Shown piece after piece: positions 1 to 10,668 of a stretch of DNA of 64,000 nucleotides (positions within the stretch are counted from its first letter, which is position 1; each line of letters begins with the position of its first letter). Location: positions 17,929 to 81,928 of the forward strand of contig DALYHN010000001.1 of the NCBI GenBank assembly GCA_031970875.1. Reading direction: 5' to 3'. Both the position numbers and the translations under genes were made by a program. The stretch comes from Chitinophagaceae bacterium. GTDB lineage: Bacteria > Bacteroidota > Bacteroidia > Chitinophagales > Chitinophagaceae. The notes under the pieces are model-generated. The model made no database searches, had not been told where the DNA came from, and saw nothing but the letters and a program-made list of their open reading frames with translations.

Positions 1-267
1 TTTCTCATCAGTTGTAACTGCATAAAAGCCGTTGAGCAAGATTGTCTTTATATGGTATGCTTTGTTTTGATAAGCAAATGTGCTATCACCTGTTTTTTGG
101 CCCGGCCACCATTTTTTCCATTGTTGCGTAAATACCATAAACCTTGTTACAGCATCTGGGGGGCATGCAATGGTTACAGTTTCTGTATGCTGTCTTTTTG
201 CAGGTATCAGCATGAGTATCACCATGAGTGTAAAAACAATCAATAAAACAACATATCCTTTCTTCAT
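1..267 (-). CDS. hypothetical membrane-anchored protein, 5' part only (gene continues past the left edge)
   Basis: This gene is absent from the ORF track because it has no stop in the window. The reverse complement of 1..267 is an open 89-codon frame from ATG (267..265): MKKGYVVLLIVFTLMVILMLIPAKRQHTETV... It has a hydrophobic N-terminal helix. It begins 24 nt downstream of the PAP2-like gene on the same strand. No family was recognised. Confidence 0.4.
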   Translation of the reverse strand, partial: MKKGYVVLLIVFTLMVILMLIPAKRQHTETVTIACPPDAVTRFMVFTQQWKKWWPGQKTGDSTFAYQNKAYHIKTILLNGFYAVTTDEK

Positions 268-291
268 GACACTCGCTTTTATTCCGTAAAA

Positions 292-1614
292 TTACTGTTC
301 TTGATTTTGCTTATGTAACAATTGTTGAATATATCGCTCACCAATACGGTTGCCTTGTGTTTTACCTTGCTCGATCGCTGATCTAAAGTGAATACCGCCA
401 TACAAGCGACTGATGCCAGCTTCATCTGCAGCCTGTTGAATAGATGTGAATTTTCTTGACATATTCAGGTATTTAACTTCGGTTGTATCATGAAAAGCTA
501 GTGCTGTGCCAAAAAAAGCGATAGCTGTAGTGGCTGCTGCTGCTGAAATTACACTATGACCGCTGGTATATTCTGGGAATGGGGGTGTTTGTAAAAGAGC
601 ATCCCATTTAGGGTTAAAAACCTCTCTTATGACAGTAATAGGTCTGACAGTACTACTCCGAAACTTCTCATCCCAGCAAGAGATAAAGCCATCAAATATG
701 GCTGCAGCAACAATAGCATAGGCTTGAGCTGTTTTCACTTCGCTAGTGTTAGTCATTCTACTGAATATAGCGAGCATGCCAATCCAATGCCCAACAGGTG
801 TAATTTTTTTATTGGCATAGGTGAAATGACCGGTGTGTTTGGTAACAAATGGGTTGTCATCCCAGTATTGGGCAATCGTATCCTGTTCTGGTGTAATGGT
901 AAGACTTACATTATAGGCCTCTTTTAATTCTGTATAATATTTACTATTTGGTTGCAGGCTATATGGTGGTGGCGGTGCTGGTTTAAATGCAGCAGCTGAG
1001 TCTAACAATAAGGGTTTAATCAAGCGCCAATGTGGCTCAGTAGCATCGGCATATTCCGGAGGTGTTTGAACCCATTTGCCTTTTTCTCCAAATACACTGT
1101 ATTTGGGCATGCCTCTGGTAAGTTTGTAATTATCCTGTGCTGCTCTTTTCAATATATGCGTGGCAACAGTATCAGCCCAGTTTAAAGAAGCTTTTTGAAT
1201 AGCATTGCTTAGGTCTTGAAACTGTGCTAGGATAGTTTTTTCTTTATTGGTAATACTGTCTTTTGAAAAGGCCAAAGCCTTAGCCACTTTCATAAATGCC
1301 ATTGATGCAGACAAACGAGTATTAATTGTTCCTTGCTCGGGTAAATTTTTGATAGGCTCAAATCCATGTAGCATGGATAAAAACGAGGGAGTGCTATCTG
1401 CGTACAGTCTCAATGCTTCATAATAAGCTAGATTAGAGTAGGCATACATTCTACTAGCAACTGGTGGTGTGAGAATGTCATATACAATTACATCAGTTAA
1501 TACTTGATTGCAATAGTGTTGTAACTCGCTATTGGGTAAACTGATTTTTGATGTGTTTTGTTTACAGCAGGTCAGTGAGATGACCAGTATAAATAATGTA
1601 AAATATTGTTTCAT
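292..1614 (-). CDS. PAP2 / vanadium-haloperoxidase-like lipoprotein (paralog 1)
   Basis: 440 aa with lipoprotein signal MKQYFTLFILVISLTCC. It carries the PAP2/vHPO motifs K-x6-RP (KFRSSTVRP), SGH (YTSGHS) and SR-x5-H (SRLYGGIHFRS). YWDDNPF and PVGHW motifs are shared with the two paralogs. Its ATG overlaps the upstream stop (TAATG). Confidence 0.8.
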   Translation of the reverse strand: MKQYFTLFILVISLTCCKQNTSKISLPNSELQHYCNQVLTDVIVYDILTPPVASRMYAYSNLAYYEALRLYADSTPSFLSMLHGFEPIKNLPEQGTINTRLSASMAFMKVAKALAFSKDSITNKEKTILAQFQDLSNAIQKASLNWADTVATHILKRAAQDNYKLTRGMPKYSVFGEKGKWVQTPPEYADATEPHWRLIKPLLLDSAAAFKPAPPPPYSLQPNSKYYTELKEAYNVSLTITPEQDTIAQYWDDNPFVTKHTGHFTYANKKITPVGHWIGMLAIFSRMTNTSEVKTAQAYAIVAAAIFDGFISCWDEKFRSSTVRPITVIREVFNPKWDALLQTPPFPEYTSGHSVISAAAATTAIAFFGTALAFHDTTEVKYLNMSRKFTSIQQAADEAGISRLYGGIHFRSAIEQGKTQGNRIGERYIQQLLHKQNQEQ

Positions 1615-4600
1615 TATTGGATGGTTCTTTTTTGGCCTTGGTTATTTATTATGGTAATACTTGATACAGTTTTATCTTTTATAAGCATATTAGCAGATTG
1701 CGTTAAGAACCCAGAACCCCAATAAACTTCTTGCTTTCTTTTTTGACCATCAAATAATGTTATTTCAACAGTTTTATCATCTTGCTTTAACGGAATGATA
1801 GAGTAATCTGTTTGAGCAATAAAGCTTTTTAATGGTCCATTATTTTGAGAAGCTGTTATCATTAATCGATTCCCTACTGCTAATGCACTCAAGGATTTTC
1901 CGTTTCCGCCAACATAAAATCCACTGTTGCAAGGCGGCATAACTGTAAATGTTTTGCCATTACCAAGTAGCACCAATCCATTTAGTGCATCATTTCTTCC
2001 TAATGCCGGTGCCATAGAAAACTCATTACCATTTAGTATTAGATCAAGCCATCCGTCACTATTCACATCATAGCATAGTGAACCATATATAGGTGCGAAT
2101 TGAGCAGCAGCAGGTAGTGCGTGCCATTCAAAGCTCAATTTGCCTTTGTTCTCAATCCAACCTGTTTCTAAGTTCACTGCACTCAGACTGATAGCTTCTT
2201 TGAGCGTTTCTTTGCTAAATATTTCTTCCATACTTGCTCCGGCGTAACTACCGTAATTGGGAAATCGCTCTTTCATGATTGTCATTTCCTTGAGAAAATC
2301 ATCTCTTCCGGCAACAGGAAACTCTTTAACCTCTCCTTTGAGCTTGCCGATATGATAATGGCTCATCACAGCATCGAAGCTGCCATTCTGATCAAAATCT
2401 TTCGCATAGATAGAGGTAGGTTGGGTTGATGAGGCTTTGATATAACCATTGTTGCCATAATTTCCTACAACATAGTCTATATCTCCATCATTATCTATAT
2501 CTGCAGCAGAAATACTGTTCCACCAACCGGTAAGTTTTTGTAAAGGGGTAGATTGTTTTTTAAGCCTTCCATTAGCATATGCAAAGATTTCAATACCACC
2601 CCATTCAGTTGTGATGAGTAGTTCTGATTTGCCATCATTGTCTGCATCAGACCATATTGCATCAGTAACCATACCCAGCTGCTGCAATTGTGGAGCTGCC
2701 TGTTGAGTGATATCGGTGAATTTTATCTGTCCTGACTTGGAATCGTTACGCAACAAGATACTGCTCGTTGGGGAAGGATACCTGCTTGGAATAAATCTGC
2801 CACCAATAAAGAGATCTAAATCTCCGTCTCCATCAAAATCGTTGGCTTTAACGCAACTTTTAGTGGTTCTATTATCTGGAACAGCATTCAGTACTTCTGT
2901 AAACTGCCCTTTACCATTATTCAAATAAAAGTGATCAGCATAAGCTTTGTGCTGCGGTGGATTTTCACCACCACCGGAAGCGATGTAGAGATCAAGGTCA
3001 CCATCAGCATCTGCATCAAACAAACAAAGACCAGCATCATCCTGATACTTATCTTCTTTACTATTGGTAAGTAGCTGCTTATTGAATTGTCCATTTTTCT
3101 GCTGGAAGAAAATAGTTGCGTAGTCTGGCGATCCTGCGCCAACAATTAAATCATGTAGTCCGTCCCCATTGATATCACCAGCTGCAAGCGATGGTCCGTA
3201 TTGTGAAAGTTTATGCGGAATGAGTTTTTGAATATTAAAATCTATAAAGTCTTCTTGCATATCTAAATATTCTAATCCTGCAGCACGGGTAATTTCTTTG
3301 AAATATGGATTTGTTAAATCATGATTGAAAGTGAAAATCGCAGCCCCTGCTTGCTGTTGAATATTAAGATGTTGATCAATAGCCGGATTTTGGATGATTT
3401 GTTTTGTGTTATTTGGCCAAATAACAACAATAGAATCGATGCGCGTATCTTGTCCTAGTCCAAAATGGGCAACGGGTTCTATACTAGACATATATCCACG
3501 ATAATGCGTAAACTCATAGACTTGTTTTCGATTGCCCTGATATACACTGATCCAGGCACCTAAAGCAGTGATATTGGGTTTTTGTGCTTTTAAGCTGATT
3601 CTTAGGAAGTGTTGTTTTTCCTTTTGAGCCTCGGCTCTGTTTTCCAGGAGTGTGACGGGCCCATTGCTATTATTGATAACAATATCTAGGTCGCCATCCT
3701 TATCCAAATCCGCACTCGCCATACCAGCGCCAAAAGACTCAAAGTCCATACCCCATGCTTTAGACATGTCTTCAAACTGTAACAGTCCAGTATTGCGGTA
3801 AACAAACTTCTTGACTTTAATGACGGGAATTTGCTGCATCATTTCACCAATTGTAGCACGTGCTACAGCATTGTTTCTGTAAGCCATAAAGTCGAGATCT
3901 GAAACATCTTTTGGAATGCCGTTACTTAAGATGAGGTCTCGTAATCCATCATTGTCTAAGTCAGTCAGCAATGGCGCCCAGCTCCAGTCCGTTTGAGTAA
4001 CACCACTAAAATGCCCGATCTCAGAAAATACTGCTCTTGGTAGGGTATCTTTTTCTGTTTGTACAAAACCTTGGTTTAGTTGTAAGGTATTTCGTGCATA
4101 TTGATGCATATAACCAAAGCGTGCAAAATTCTGATAAGTCTGGTAGCTGATATCATTGTACATCATCTTTTGCCGATACCTATCTGACGGCATCATATCC
4201 ATTTCCACAATATCCATTAGGCCATCGTTATTGATGTCCGCAATATCATTACCCATTGCATTTTTGCTGGTATGCTTAAAGTACTTAGCACATTGATCTG
4301 TAAATGTGCCATCGTGATTGTTGATGTAAAGAATATTGTTAGATTGATAATCGTTGCTAACGTAAATATCCTTCCACCCGTCCATATTGATATCAGTTAT
4401 GTTAACACCCAGCCCATAGCCTTCAATCAGCACTCCTGCTTTAGCAGAAACATCCACAAAAACTGCATGTTGTTTCACACTGTCCCAATTGTTTTGCAAT
4501 AGCTTATCGGTATTCGGCATTGAGCCATCGGTACGTATCGGCCTGAACTCATTTGGGTATGAACCATCAAGATCATTAATTAATAAGTAGACATCCAAAT

Positions 4601-5150
4601 CCCCATCATTATCGTAATCAAAAAATGTGGCCATATGGGTATTGGATTGGTGGTCTAATCCATATGCTTCAGCCATGTCTTTGAAAGTGGGTTTACCCGT
4701 TTTAGGATCAATGCCCTGATTGATATAGAGTATATTCTTTCTTGCATTTGAATCTGGTAATACTGCTGCACATACATAAATATCATCCCATCCATCCTGA
4801 TTGATGTCAACGATGCTAACACCTTTGCACCATTTGCCATTACCGCTTACACCAGCTGCTTCAGTAATGTCTTCAAATTGGAGATTGCCCTTATTGAGGT
4901 ATAATTTGTTAGGTACCAGATTACCTGTGAAATAAACATCAGGTAAGCTATCATGATTGAAGTCGCCAATACCTACGCCACCCCCGTTATACATATACTC
5001 ATAGTTCAGAATATTTCTTTCAGGTGTTTCAGATAGATTATTGCTAAAATATAAACCGCTTTGTTCGGCCCTTATTTGACGAAAGAGTTTAGGAGATTGA
5101 TTACAAGCCAGCAGCAGGGAGGTCAAGCATAGTATATATATGCGCATCAT
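1614..5150 (-). CDS. FG-GAP/VCBS repeat protein with central UnbV_ASPIC domain (CRTAC1-like), lipoprotein
   Basis: The track ORF 1614..5174 begins at a TTG. The first ATG at 5150 gives MMRIYILCLTSLLLAC, a lipoprotein signal. There are 14 DxDxDG-type FG-GAP loops (e.g. DINQDGWDD, DYDNDGDLD, DLDKDGDLD, DIDNDGDID) arranged 7 + 7. They flank an UnbV_ASPIC-like segment (ALGAWISVYQGNRKQVYEF...AHFGLGQDTRIDSIVVIWPNN). Confidence 0.85.
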   Translation of the reverse strand: MMRIYILCLTSLLLACNQSPKLFRQIRAEQSGLYFSNNLSETPERNILNYEYMYNGGGVGIGDFNHDSLPDVYFTGNLVPNKLYLNKGNLQFEDITEAAGVSGNGKWCKGVSIVDINQDGWDDIYVCAAVLPDSNARKNILYINQGIDPKTGKPTFKDMAEAYGLDHQSNTHMATFFDYDNDGDLDVYLLINDLDGSYPNEFRPIRTDGSMPNTDKLLQNNWDSVKQHAVFVDVSAKAGVLIEGYGLGVNITDINMDGWKDIYVSNDYQSNNILYINNHDGTFTDQCAKYFKHTSKNAMGNDIADINNDGLMDIVEMDMMPSDRYRQKMMYNDISYQTYQNFARFGYMHQYARNTLQLNQGFVQTEKDTLPRAVFSEIGHFSGVTQTDWSWAPLLTDLDNDGLRDLILSNGIPKDVSDLDFMAYRNNAVARATIGEMMQQIPVIKVKKFVYRNTGLLQFEDMSKAWGMDFESFGAGMASADLDKDGDLDIVINNSNGPVTLLENRAEAQKEKQHFLRISLKAQKPNITALGAWISVYQGNRKQVYEFTHYRGYMSSIEPVAHFGLGQDTRIDSIVVIWPNNTKQIIQNPAIDQHLNIQQQAGAAIFTFNHDLTNPYFKEITRAAGLEYLDMQEDFIDFNIQKLIPHKLSQYGPSLAAGDINGDGLHDLIVGAGSPDYATIFFQQKNGQFNKQLLTNSKEDKYQDDAGLCLFDADADGDLDLYIASGGGENPPQHKAYADHFYLNNGKGQFTEVLNAVPDNRTTKSCVKANDFDGDGDLDLFIGGRFIPSRYPSPTSSILLRNDSKSGQIKFTDITQQAAPQLQQLGMVTDAIWSDADNDGKSELLITTEWGGIEIFAYANGRLKKQSTPLQKLTGWWNSISAADIDNDGDIDYVVGNYGNNGYIKASSTQPTSIYAKDFDQNGSFDAVMSHYHIGKLKGEVKEFPVAGRDDFLKEMTIMKERFPNYGSYAGASMEEIFSKETLKEAISLSAVNLETGWIENKGKLSFEWHALPAAAQFAPIYGSLCYDVNSDGWLDLILNGNEFSMAPALGRNDALNGLVLLGNGKTFTVMPPCNSGFYVGGNGKSLSALAVGNRLMITASQNNGPLKSFIAQTDYSIIPLKQDDKTVEITLFDGQKRKQEVYWGSGFLTQSANMLIKDKTVSSITIINNQGQKRTIQ

Positions 5151-5275
5151 ATGGAAATAATATTTTAAGTGCAAGAAGGCACTTACTGCAAAATACAGAT
5201 TTAGCCTGCTTTTTTAGTGAAATACATCAGCTAATTGCAGTAGCACACTTATTTTCGTAAGTGATGTTGATTTTC

Positions 5276-8200
5276 ATGAAAAAGTATCAAGTATATCCTT
5301 TAGCAATCTTTTGTGCTCTCTTGGTTGCCCTATCCTTAACCCGATGCGGACAAAAGCAAGCAAAACAAGAGTCCGCTCTGTTTGAACTATTACAATCGTC
5401 ACAAACAGGTATTCGCTTTACCAATACACTTACGCCGCGGCCGGACTTCAATATGTTCACCTACATGTATTTCTACAATGGAGCAGGTGTGGGGGCGGGT
5501 GATTTTAATCAGGACGGTCTGATCGATTTATTTTTTGCAGCCAATCAGCAGCCCAATGCACTTTACCTAAATAAGGGCAAGCTTCAATTTGAAGATGTTT
5601 CTGCTCAAACGGGTATACCAAGAGACAGTGCTTGGTCAACCGGTGTATCAGTCGTTGATATCAATAATGATGGCTTGCTCGATATTTATGTGTGTCGCGT
5701 AGGAAACTATGAAATCTTAAAGAGTCATAACCAGCTATTGGTTTGTACTGGTATTCAAAATGGTATTCCGCAGTTTGAGGAGAAGTCGGCTGAATATGGA
5801 TTAGATTTTTCAGGCTTCAGCACACAGGCGGCTTTTTTGGATTATGATTTGGATGGCGACTTAGATATGTTTTTACTAAATCATTCTGTGCATCAGAATG
5901 GCACATTTGGTCCGCGAAGCCAGTTTCTTGGTAAGTATCATCCGCTCTCTGGTGACAGATTATTCCGAAACGATAGAAAGAAGTTTACCGATGTTACTAA
6001 ACAATGCGGTATTGAAAGCTCTGCGATTAGTTATGGATTAGGTGTGGCTGTTGCGGATATTAATTTGGACGGCTGGCCGGATATCTATGTAGGGAATGAT
6101 TTTCACGAGAATGATTATCTCTATATCAATGATCGAAATGGTCGGTTTCGCGATGCTTCAGGCGATATGCTGATGCATACCAGTCAGTATTCCATGGGCG
6201 TAGATGTAGCGGATATCAATAATGATGCTTATCCTGAGATCATTTCTGCAGACATGCTGCCACAGGATCCTTATATCCTGAAACGTTCATTGGGTGAAGA
6301 TGCATATGATTTGTTTAACATGAAGATTCGTATCGGCTATCAGCATCAGTACACAAGAAATAACTTACAACTAAACCGAAAGAATGGACTATTTAGTGAG
6401 GTGGGTAGATACAGCAATGTGTTTGCAACCGACTGGAGCTGGTCCACACTCTTCATGGACTTTGATAATGATGGGAAGAAAGATCTCTTCATTTCAAACG
6501 GTATTCCCAAAAGGTTGAATGATATTGACTATGTGAATTTTGTGTCCAACGAGGAATTGCAGTCGCGCATTAGAACCAGCTCCGTTACCGAGAAAGATTT
6601 TTCACTCATCAATCGCTATCCGGAAATTAAGATTCCGAATAAGTTTTACTTGAATAAAGGCGATGTAGCTTTTGATGATATTGCACCGCGTATCAAGAAT
6701 GACAAACCTACTTTCTCCAACGGGGCTGTCTATGCAGATTTAGACAATGATGGTGATTTGGATATTGTAGTGAATAATATCGCTGATCCCGTAATGATAT
6801 ATCAGAATCAACTAAATGATCAACAGCCTACAACTTATGTGTCAATCAAACTAAAAGGAAGTAATTATAATGTCAATGCTATTGGCGCGCAGTTGCTGGT
6901 CTATCAGCAAAATGAAACACGTACCTATCTGAATTATGCGGTGAAGGGATTTCAATCAAGCATGCAAGTGCCTATGCTAATTGGTATGCAAGGCGCAAAG
7001 CCTGATTCTATCTTGCTTGTCTGGCCCGATCAAACCTATCAGCGTATTCAGTGGAAAGGAGAAAAACAATTATCAGTTAGCTGGCAGAAAGGTTTACCCA
7101 AGTTTGATTTTACAAGATTACAAGCCAAGCCCGCAGCGCTAGCAGAAGATATCACTGCTGCTACTAAATTAGTGTATAAGCATACTGAGAATGATTTTGT
7201 AGAATTCGATCGTGAACCGCTGATGCCTCACATGGTCTCTCGTGAAGGTCCTGCATTGGCGGTGGCGGATATCAATCAAGATGGATTGGAAGATGTATTC
7301 ATCGGCTCATCTAAAACCAGTATTCCGGTGGTCTTCTTGCAAAATGGTGCGGGACAGTTTACACAAATGAAACAACCCGCATTGATTGCTGATTCCGCTT
7401 ACGAAGAAGTAGCGGCGGTGTGGATAGATGTGAACGGAGACAGTTATCCCGACTTAATCACAGCCTCAGGTGGTAATGAGTTTTTTGGTAATGATACACA
7501 CCAACAGCCAAGGTGTTATCTGAATGATGGTAAAGGCAATCTTCGTGTACAGGCCGATGCATTCAACAATGTTTATCTCACCGCTTCTTGTATTGCAGTG
7601 GAAGATATAAACAAAGATGGCTTTCCTGATCTGTTTATTGGTGCAAGAGCTGTGCCCTGGGAATACGGTGCAAGACCAACTTCCTATTTATTACTCAACG
7701 ATGGAAAAGGAAGATTTACGAATGCAACAGCAAGTCTTGCTCCTGCATTGAGTGATGCAGGATTTGTAACTGGTGCTGTGTGGACAGATATCAATGGCGA
7801 CAAGCAAAATGAATTAATTATATCTACCGAATGGGGAGGTATTGATGCATATATAAAAAAGGGCCAATCATATCAAAAGCAATCACTCATCACACAAAAA
7901 GGTTGGTGGCAATTTGTATCCGCAGCTGATATAGATGGAGACGGCGACCAGGACCTGATTGCAGGTAATCTTGGTTGGAACACTCGTTTGAAAGCTAGCG
8001 AAGCTCAGCCGGTGCGGATGTACTATAATGATTTTGATGGTAACGGGAAGAAAGAGCAAATACTAACTTACTATCTTGGTGGAAAAGAAATACCCTTTGC
8101 CAATAAAGCGGAATTCGATAAGAAACTGCCTTCACTGAAAAAGCAATTTCTCTTTGCAGAAGATTTTGCCAAAGCAAGTTTGGATCAATTATTACCTGCA

Positions 8201-8587
8201 GATAAACTAGGTAATGCTGCAGTGTATGAAGCCAATTGGATGGCGAATAGCCTGCTCATCAATGATGGCAAAGGTGGTTTTAGTCTGCAGGCCATGCCTT
8301 GGGAAGCGCAGTTATCTCCTTTTAGGGCTGCTTTTTTTAGCAAAGGAGAAATCATACTGGCCGGTAATTTTTATGAGAACAATGTGGAGATGGGGCGCTA
8401 TGATGCCGACTTTGGTACTCTTTTACAAAGGCGCAATAAACAGTGGGTGGCATCGGTCTTGCCGGGCCTGTCTATCAAAGAGCAAGTAAGGCAGATTCAG
8501 CCCATTTTGATAAAAGGAAAGCAGGCTTTGATTGCCGTGTGCAATGATGCGCCCGTTCGAATATTCAGGCTGCCAAATCAGCGATAG
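5276..8587 (+). CDS. FG-GAP/VCBS repeat protein with central UnbV_ASPIC domain (CRTAC1-like), paralog 2
   Basis: The track ORF starts at GTG 5261. ATG 5276 gives MKKYQVYPLAIFCALLVALSLTRC, a signal or lipoprotein-like sequence. It has 13 clear DxDxDG loops (DFNQDGLID, DINNDGLLD, DYDLDGDLD, DLDNDGDLD, DIDGDGDQD...). The UnbV_ASPIC-like core is AIGAQLLVYQQNETRTY...ILLVWPDQ. Confidence 0.85.
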   Translation: MKKYQVYPLAIFCALLVALSLTRCGQKQAKQESALFELLQSSQTGIRFTNTLTPRPDFNMFTYMYFYNGAGVGAGDFNQDGLIDLFFAANQQPNALYLNKGKLQFEDVSAQTGIPRDSAWSTGVSVVDINNDGLLDIYVCRVGNYEILKSHNQLLVCTGIQNGIPQFEEKSAEYGLDFSGFSTQAAFLDYDLDGDLDMFLLNHSVHQNGTFGPRSQFLGKYHPLSGDRLFRNDRKKFTDVTKQCGIESSAISYGLGVAVADINLDGWPDIYVGNDFHENDYLYINDRNGRFRDASGDMLMHTSQYSMGVDVADINNDAYPEIISADMLPQDPYILKRSLGEDAYDLFNMKIRIGYQHQYTRNNLQLNRKNGLFSEVGRYSNVFATDWSWSTLFMDFDNDGKKDLFISNGIPKRLNDIDYVNFVSNEELQSRIRTSSVTEKDFSLINRYPEIKIPNKFYLNKGDVAFDDIAPRIKNDKPTFSNGAVYADLDNDGDLDIVVNNIADPVMIYQNQLNDQQPTTYVSIKLKGSNYNVNAIGAQLLVYQQNETRTYLNYAVKGFQSSMQVPMLIGMQGAKPDSILLVWPDQTYQRIQWKGEKQLSVSWQKGLPKFDFTRLQAKPAALAEDITAATKLVYKHTENDFVEFDREPLMPHMVSREGPALAVADINQDGLEDVFIGSSKTSIPVVFLQNGAGQFTQMKQPALIADSAYEEVAAVWIDVNGDSYPDLITASGGNEFFGNDTHQQPRCYLNDGKGNLRVQADAFNNVYLTASCIAVEDINKDGFPDLFIGARAVPWEYGARPTSYLLLNDGKGRFTNATASLAPALSDAGFVTGAVWTDINGDKQNELIISTEWGGIDAYIKKGQSYQKQSLITQKGWWQFVSAADIDGDGDQDLIAGNLGWNTRLKASEAQPVRMYYNDFDGNGKKEQILTYYLGGKEIPFANKAEFDKKLPSLKKQFLFAEDFAKASLDQLLPADKLGNAAVYEANWMANSLLINDGKGGFSLQAMPWEAQLSPFRAAFFSKGEIILAGNFYENNVEMGRYDADFGTLLQRRNKQWVASVLPGLSIKEQVRQIQPILIKGKQALIAVCNDAPVRIFRLPNQR

Positions 8588-8620
8588 TTTTGATAAATTG
8601 TATTCGCTTAATATCTACTT

Positions 8621-10648
8621 ATGAAACGATTGTTCTGCTCCCTACTGGCAATTTTATTGGTAGCTGTTGCAGTGGCACAAGATCCTTGGAAGATCAGTGC
8701 CAGCAATTTTGATCCAAGAAATTATTATGGCATCACGGTAGCCAATGGTATGATTGGTATTGTGTCCTCACCTGAACCATTCAAGGTAAAAGATGTGGTA
8801 CTTGCTGGTGCCTATGATCAGTATGGCCGCGGCAGGGTTAGCAATTTCCTGCGCAGCTTCAATCTGCTCAATATGAACCTGGATATTGATGGCAGGCGCG
8901 TGGATGCTTCCACTGCAAAAAATATGGTGCAGGAACTGGATATGCGCAAAGCCGCTTTCACCACTAAGTTTGATGTGGGCGATAAAGCTAGTGTGCAATA
9001 TACTTACTACTCTTTGCGTCATCTGCCTTATACGGTGTTGATGGATGTAACCATCACGCCTAAGAAAGACATCACTATCGGTGGTGCCAGTGTGATGGAA
9101 GCACCGGATGCATTGCGTGATGTACAGAACTATTACAACGAGATTGATCGCCCGCATGTAACCATCAGTCTCCTGACTTCTTCAGCAAAAAGTCCTACCG
9201 GTAAATTACTCATGTGTGCTTCCAATACTTTTCTCTTTGGCGAAGCGCATGGCAAAGAACCTCGTGTGATTCATGAAATGTGGGACAATAACATGCACCT
9301 GCTTAAGTTCAGCAAACAACTGAAAGCAGGAGAGACCTATCGCTTTTCTATTGCAGGTTCATCTATCACTTCTGCGCATCATGATGATCCTTTGAATGAA
9401 GCTGAACGCCTTACCATATTCGCCAAGCTGGAAGGAAGAGATCGTTTATTGCAGTTTCATACCCAAGCATGGGATAAACTTTGGGAAAGTGATATTCAGA
9501 TAGAAGGCGATGCAGAAGCACAGCAGGATGTACATAGTATGCTGTATCATTTGTATTCCTTCGTTCGCGAAGTCAATGCTTTTTCGCCATCACCCATGGG
9601 TTTGAGCGGACTAGGATACAACGGCCACGTATTCTGGGATACAGAATTGTGGATGTATCCTTCACTCTTAGTCTTGCAGCCCGGCATGGCCAAGAGCATG
9701 GTTGAATATCGTTTCAAAAGATTGGAAGCTGCTAAGCGCAATGCTTTCAGTAAAGGATACAAGGGTGCCATGTATCCATGGGAGAGTGCAGAAACAGGCG
9801 TGGAAGAAACCCCGGTTTGGGCGCTGAGCGGTCCGTTTGAACACCATATTACTGCCTGTGTGGGTATTGCTGCCTGGAATTATTATTGTGTAACCCAGGA
9901 TAAACAATGGCTGCGCGAAAAAGGCTGGCCTATCTTACAGGCTACGGCAGATTTCTGGGCCAGCAGGGTAGAGCGCAATGGTCCGGGTAAATACGATATC
10001 AATAATGTAGTAGCAGCAGATGAGTGGGCAGAGAATGTCAACAATAATGCATTCACCAATGCTGCGGCTAAAGCCAATCTACAGTTTGCTACTGAAGCTG
10101 CTAAACTATTGGGCGTTACTGCTGATCCGGATTGGGCGCATGTGGCGAGCAATATTCCCATCCTCAAATTTGCAGATGGTGTTACCAGAGAGCATGCCAT
10201 GTATAATGGAGAAGGTATCAAGCAGGCAGATGTAAACCTGCTGGCTTATCCTTTGAAAGAAGTCACAGACCCCAAAGCCATTAAAAAAGACCTGAATTAT
10301 TATGAAACGCGCGTACCCAATGAAGGCACACCTGCCATGACACAGGCCGTATTTTCTTTGCTCTATGCCCGGTTAGGTGATGCGGATAAAGCCCATCATT
10401 GGTTCCGCGATGCGTACATTCCAAACATAAATCCTCCCTTCAGGGTGATCGCAGAAACCAAGGGCGGCACCAATCCGTATTTCGCAACAGGGGCTGGTGG
10501 TATTATCCAGGCCATGCTAATGGGTTTTGGCGGATTAGAGATCACCCCTCAGGGAATTACTCAGCTGAAATCTGTACTGCCGGCCAAGTGGAAATCGTTG
10601 AAGATCACGGGGGTTGGACCTGAAAAGAAAACTTTTGTGGTGAAATAA
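8621..10648 (+). CDS. secreted glycoside hydrolase family 65 protein (alpha-glucoside hydrolase type)
   Basis: 675 aa with signal peptide MKRLFCSLLAILLVAVAVAQ. GH65 core motifs are present: YNGHVFWDTELWMYP, AAWNYYCVTQDKQWL...ADFWASRV and VVAADEWAENVNNNAFTN (the acid Glu lies in the DE(W/Y) context). Confidence 0.8.
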   Translation: MKRLFCSLLAILLVAVAVAQDPWKISASNFDPRNYYGITVANGMIGIVSSPEPFKVKDVVLAGAYDQYGRGRVSNFLRSFNLLNMNLDIDGRRVDASTAKNMVQELDMRKAAFTTKFDVGDKASVQYTYYSLRHLPYTVLMDVTITPKKDITIGGASVMEAPDALRDVQNYYNEIDRPHVTISLLTSSAKSPTGKLLMCASNTFLFGEAHGKEPRVIHEMWDNNMHLLKFSKQLKAGETYRFSIAGSSITSAHHDDPLNEAERLTIFAKLEGRDRLLQFHTQAWDKLWESDIQIEGDAEAQQDVHSMLYHLYSFVREVNAFSPSPMGLSGLGYNGHVFWDTELWMYPSLLVLQPGMAKSMVEYRFKRLEAAKRNAFSKGYKGAMYPWESAETGVEETPVWALSGPFEHHITACVGIAAWNYYCVTQDKQWLREKGWPILQATADFWASRVERNGPGKYDINNVVAADEWAENVNNNAFTNAAAKANLQFATEAAKLLGVTADPDWAHVASNIPILKFADGVTREHAMYNGEGIKQADVNLLAYPLKEVTDPKAIKKDLNYYETRVPNEGTPAMTQAVFSLLYARLGDADKAHHWFRDAYIPNINPPFRVIAETKGGTNPYFATGAGGIIQAMLMGFGGLEITPQGITQLKSVLPAKWKSLKITGVGPEKKTFVVK

Positions 10649-10668
10649 TTTCATTATTTTCGGATTGC

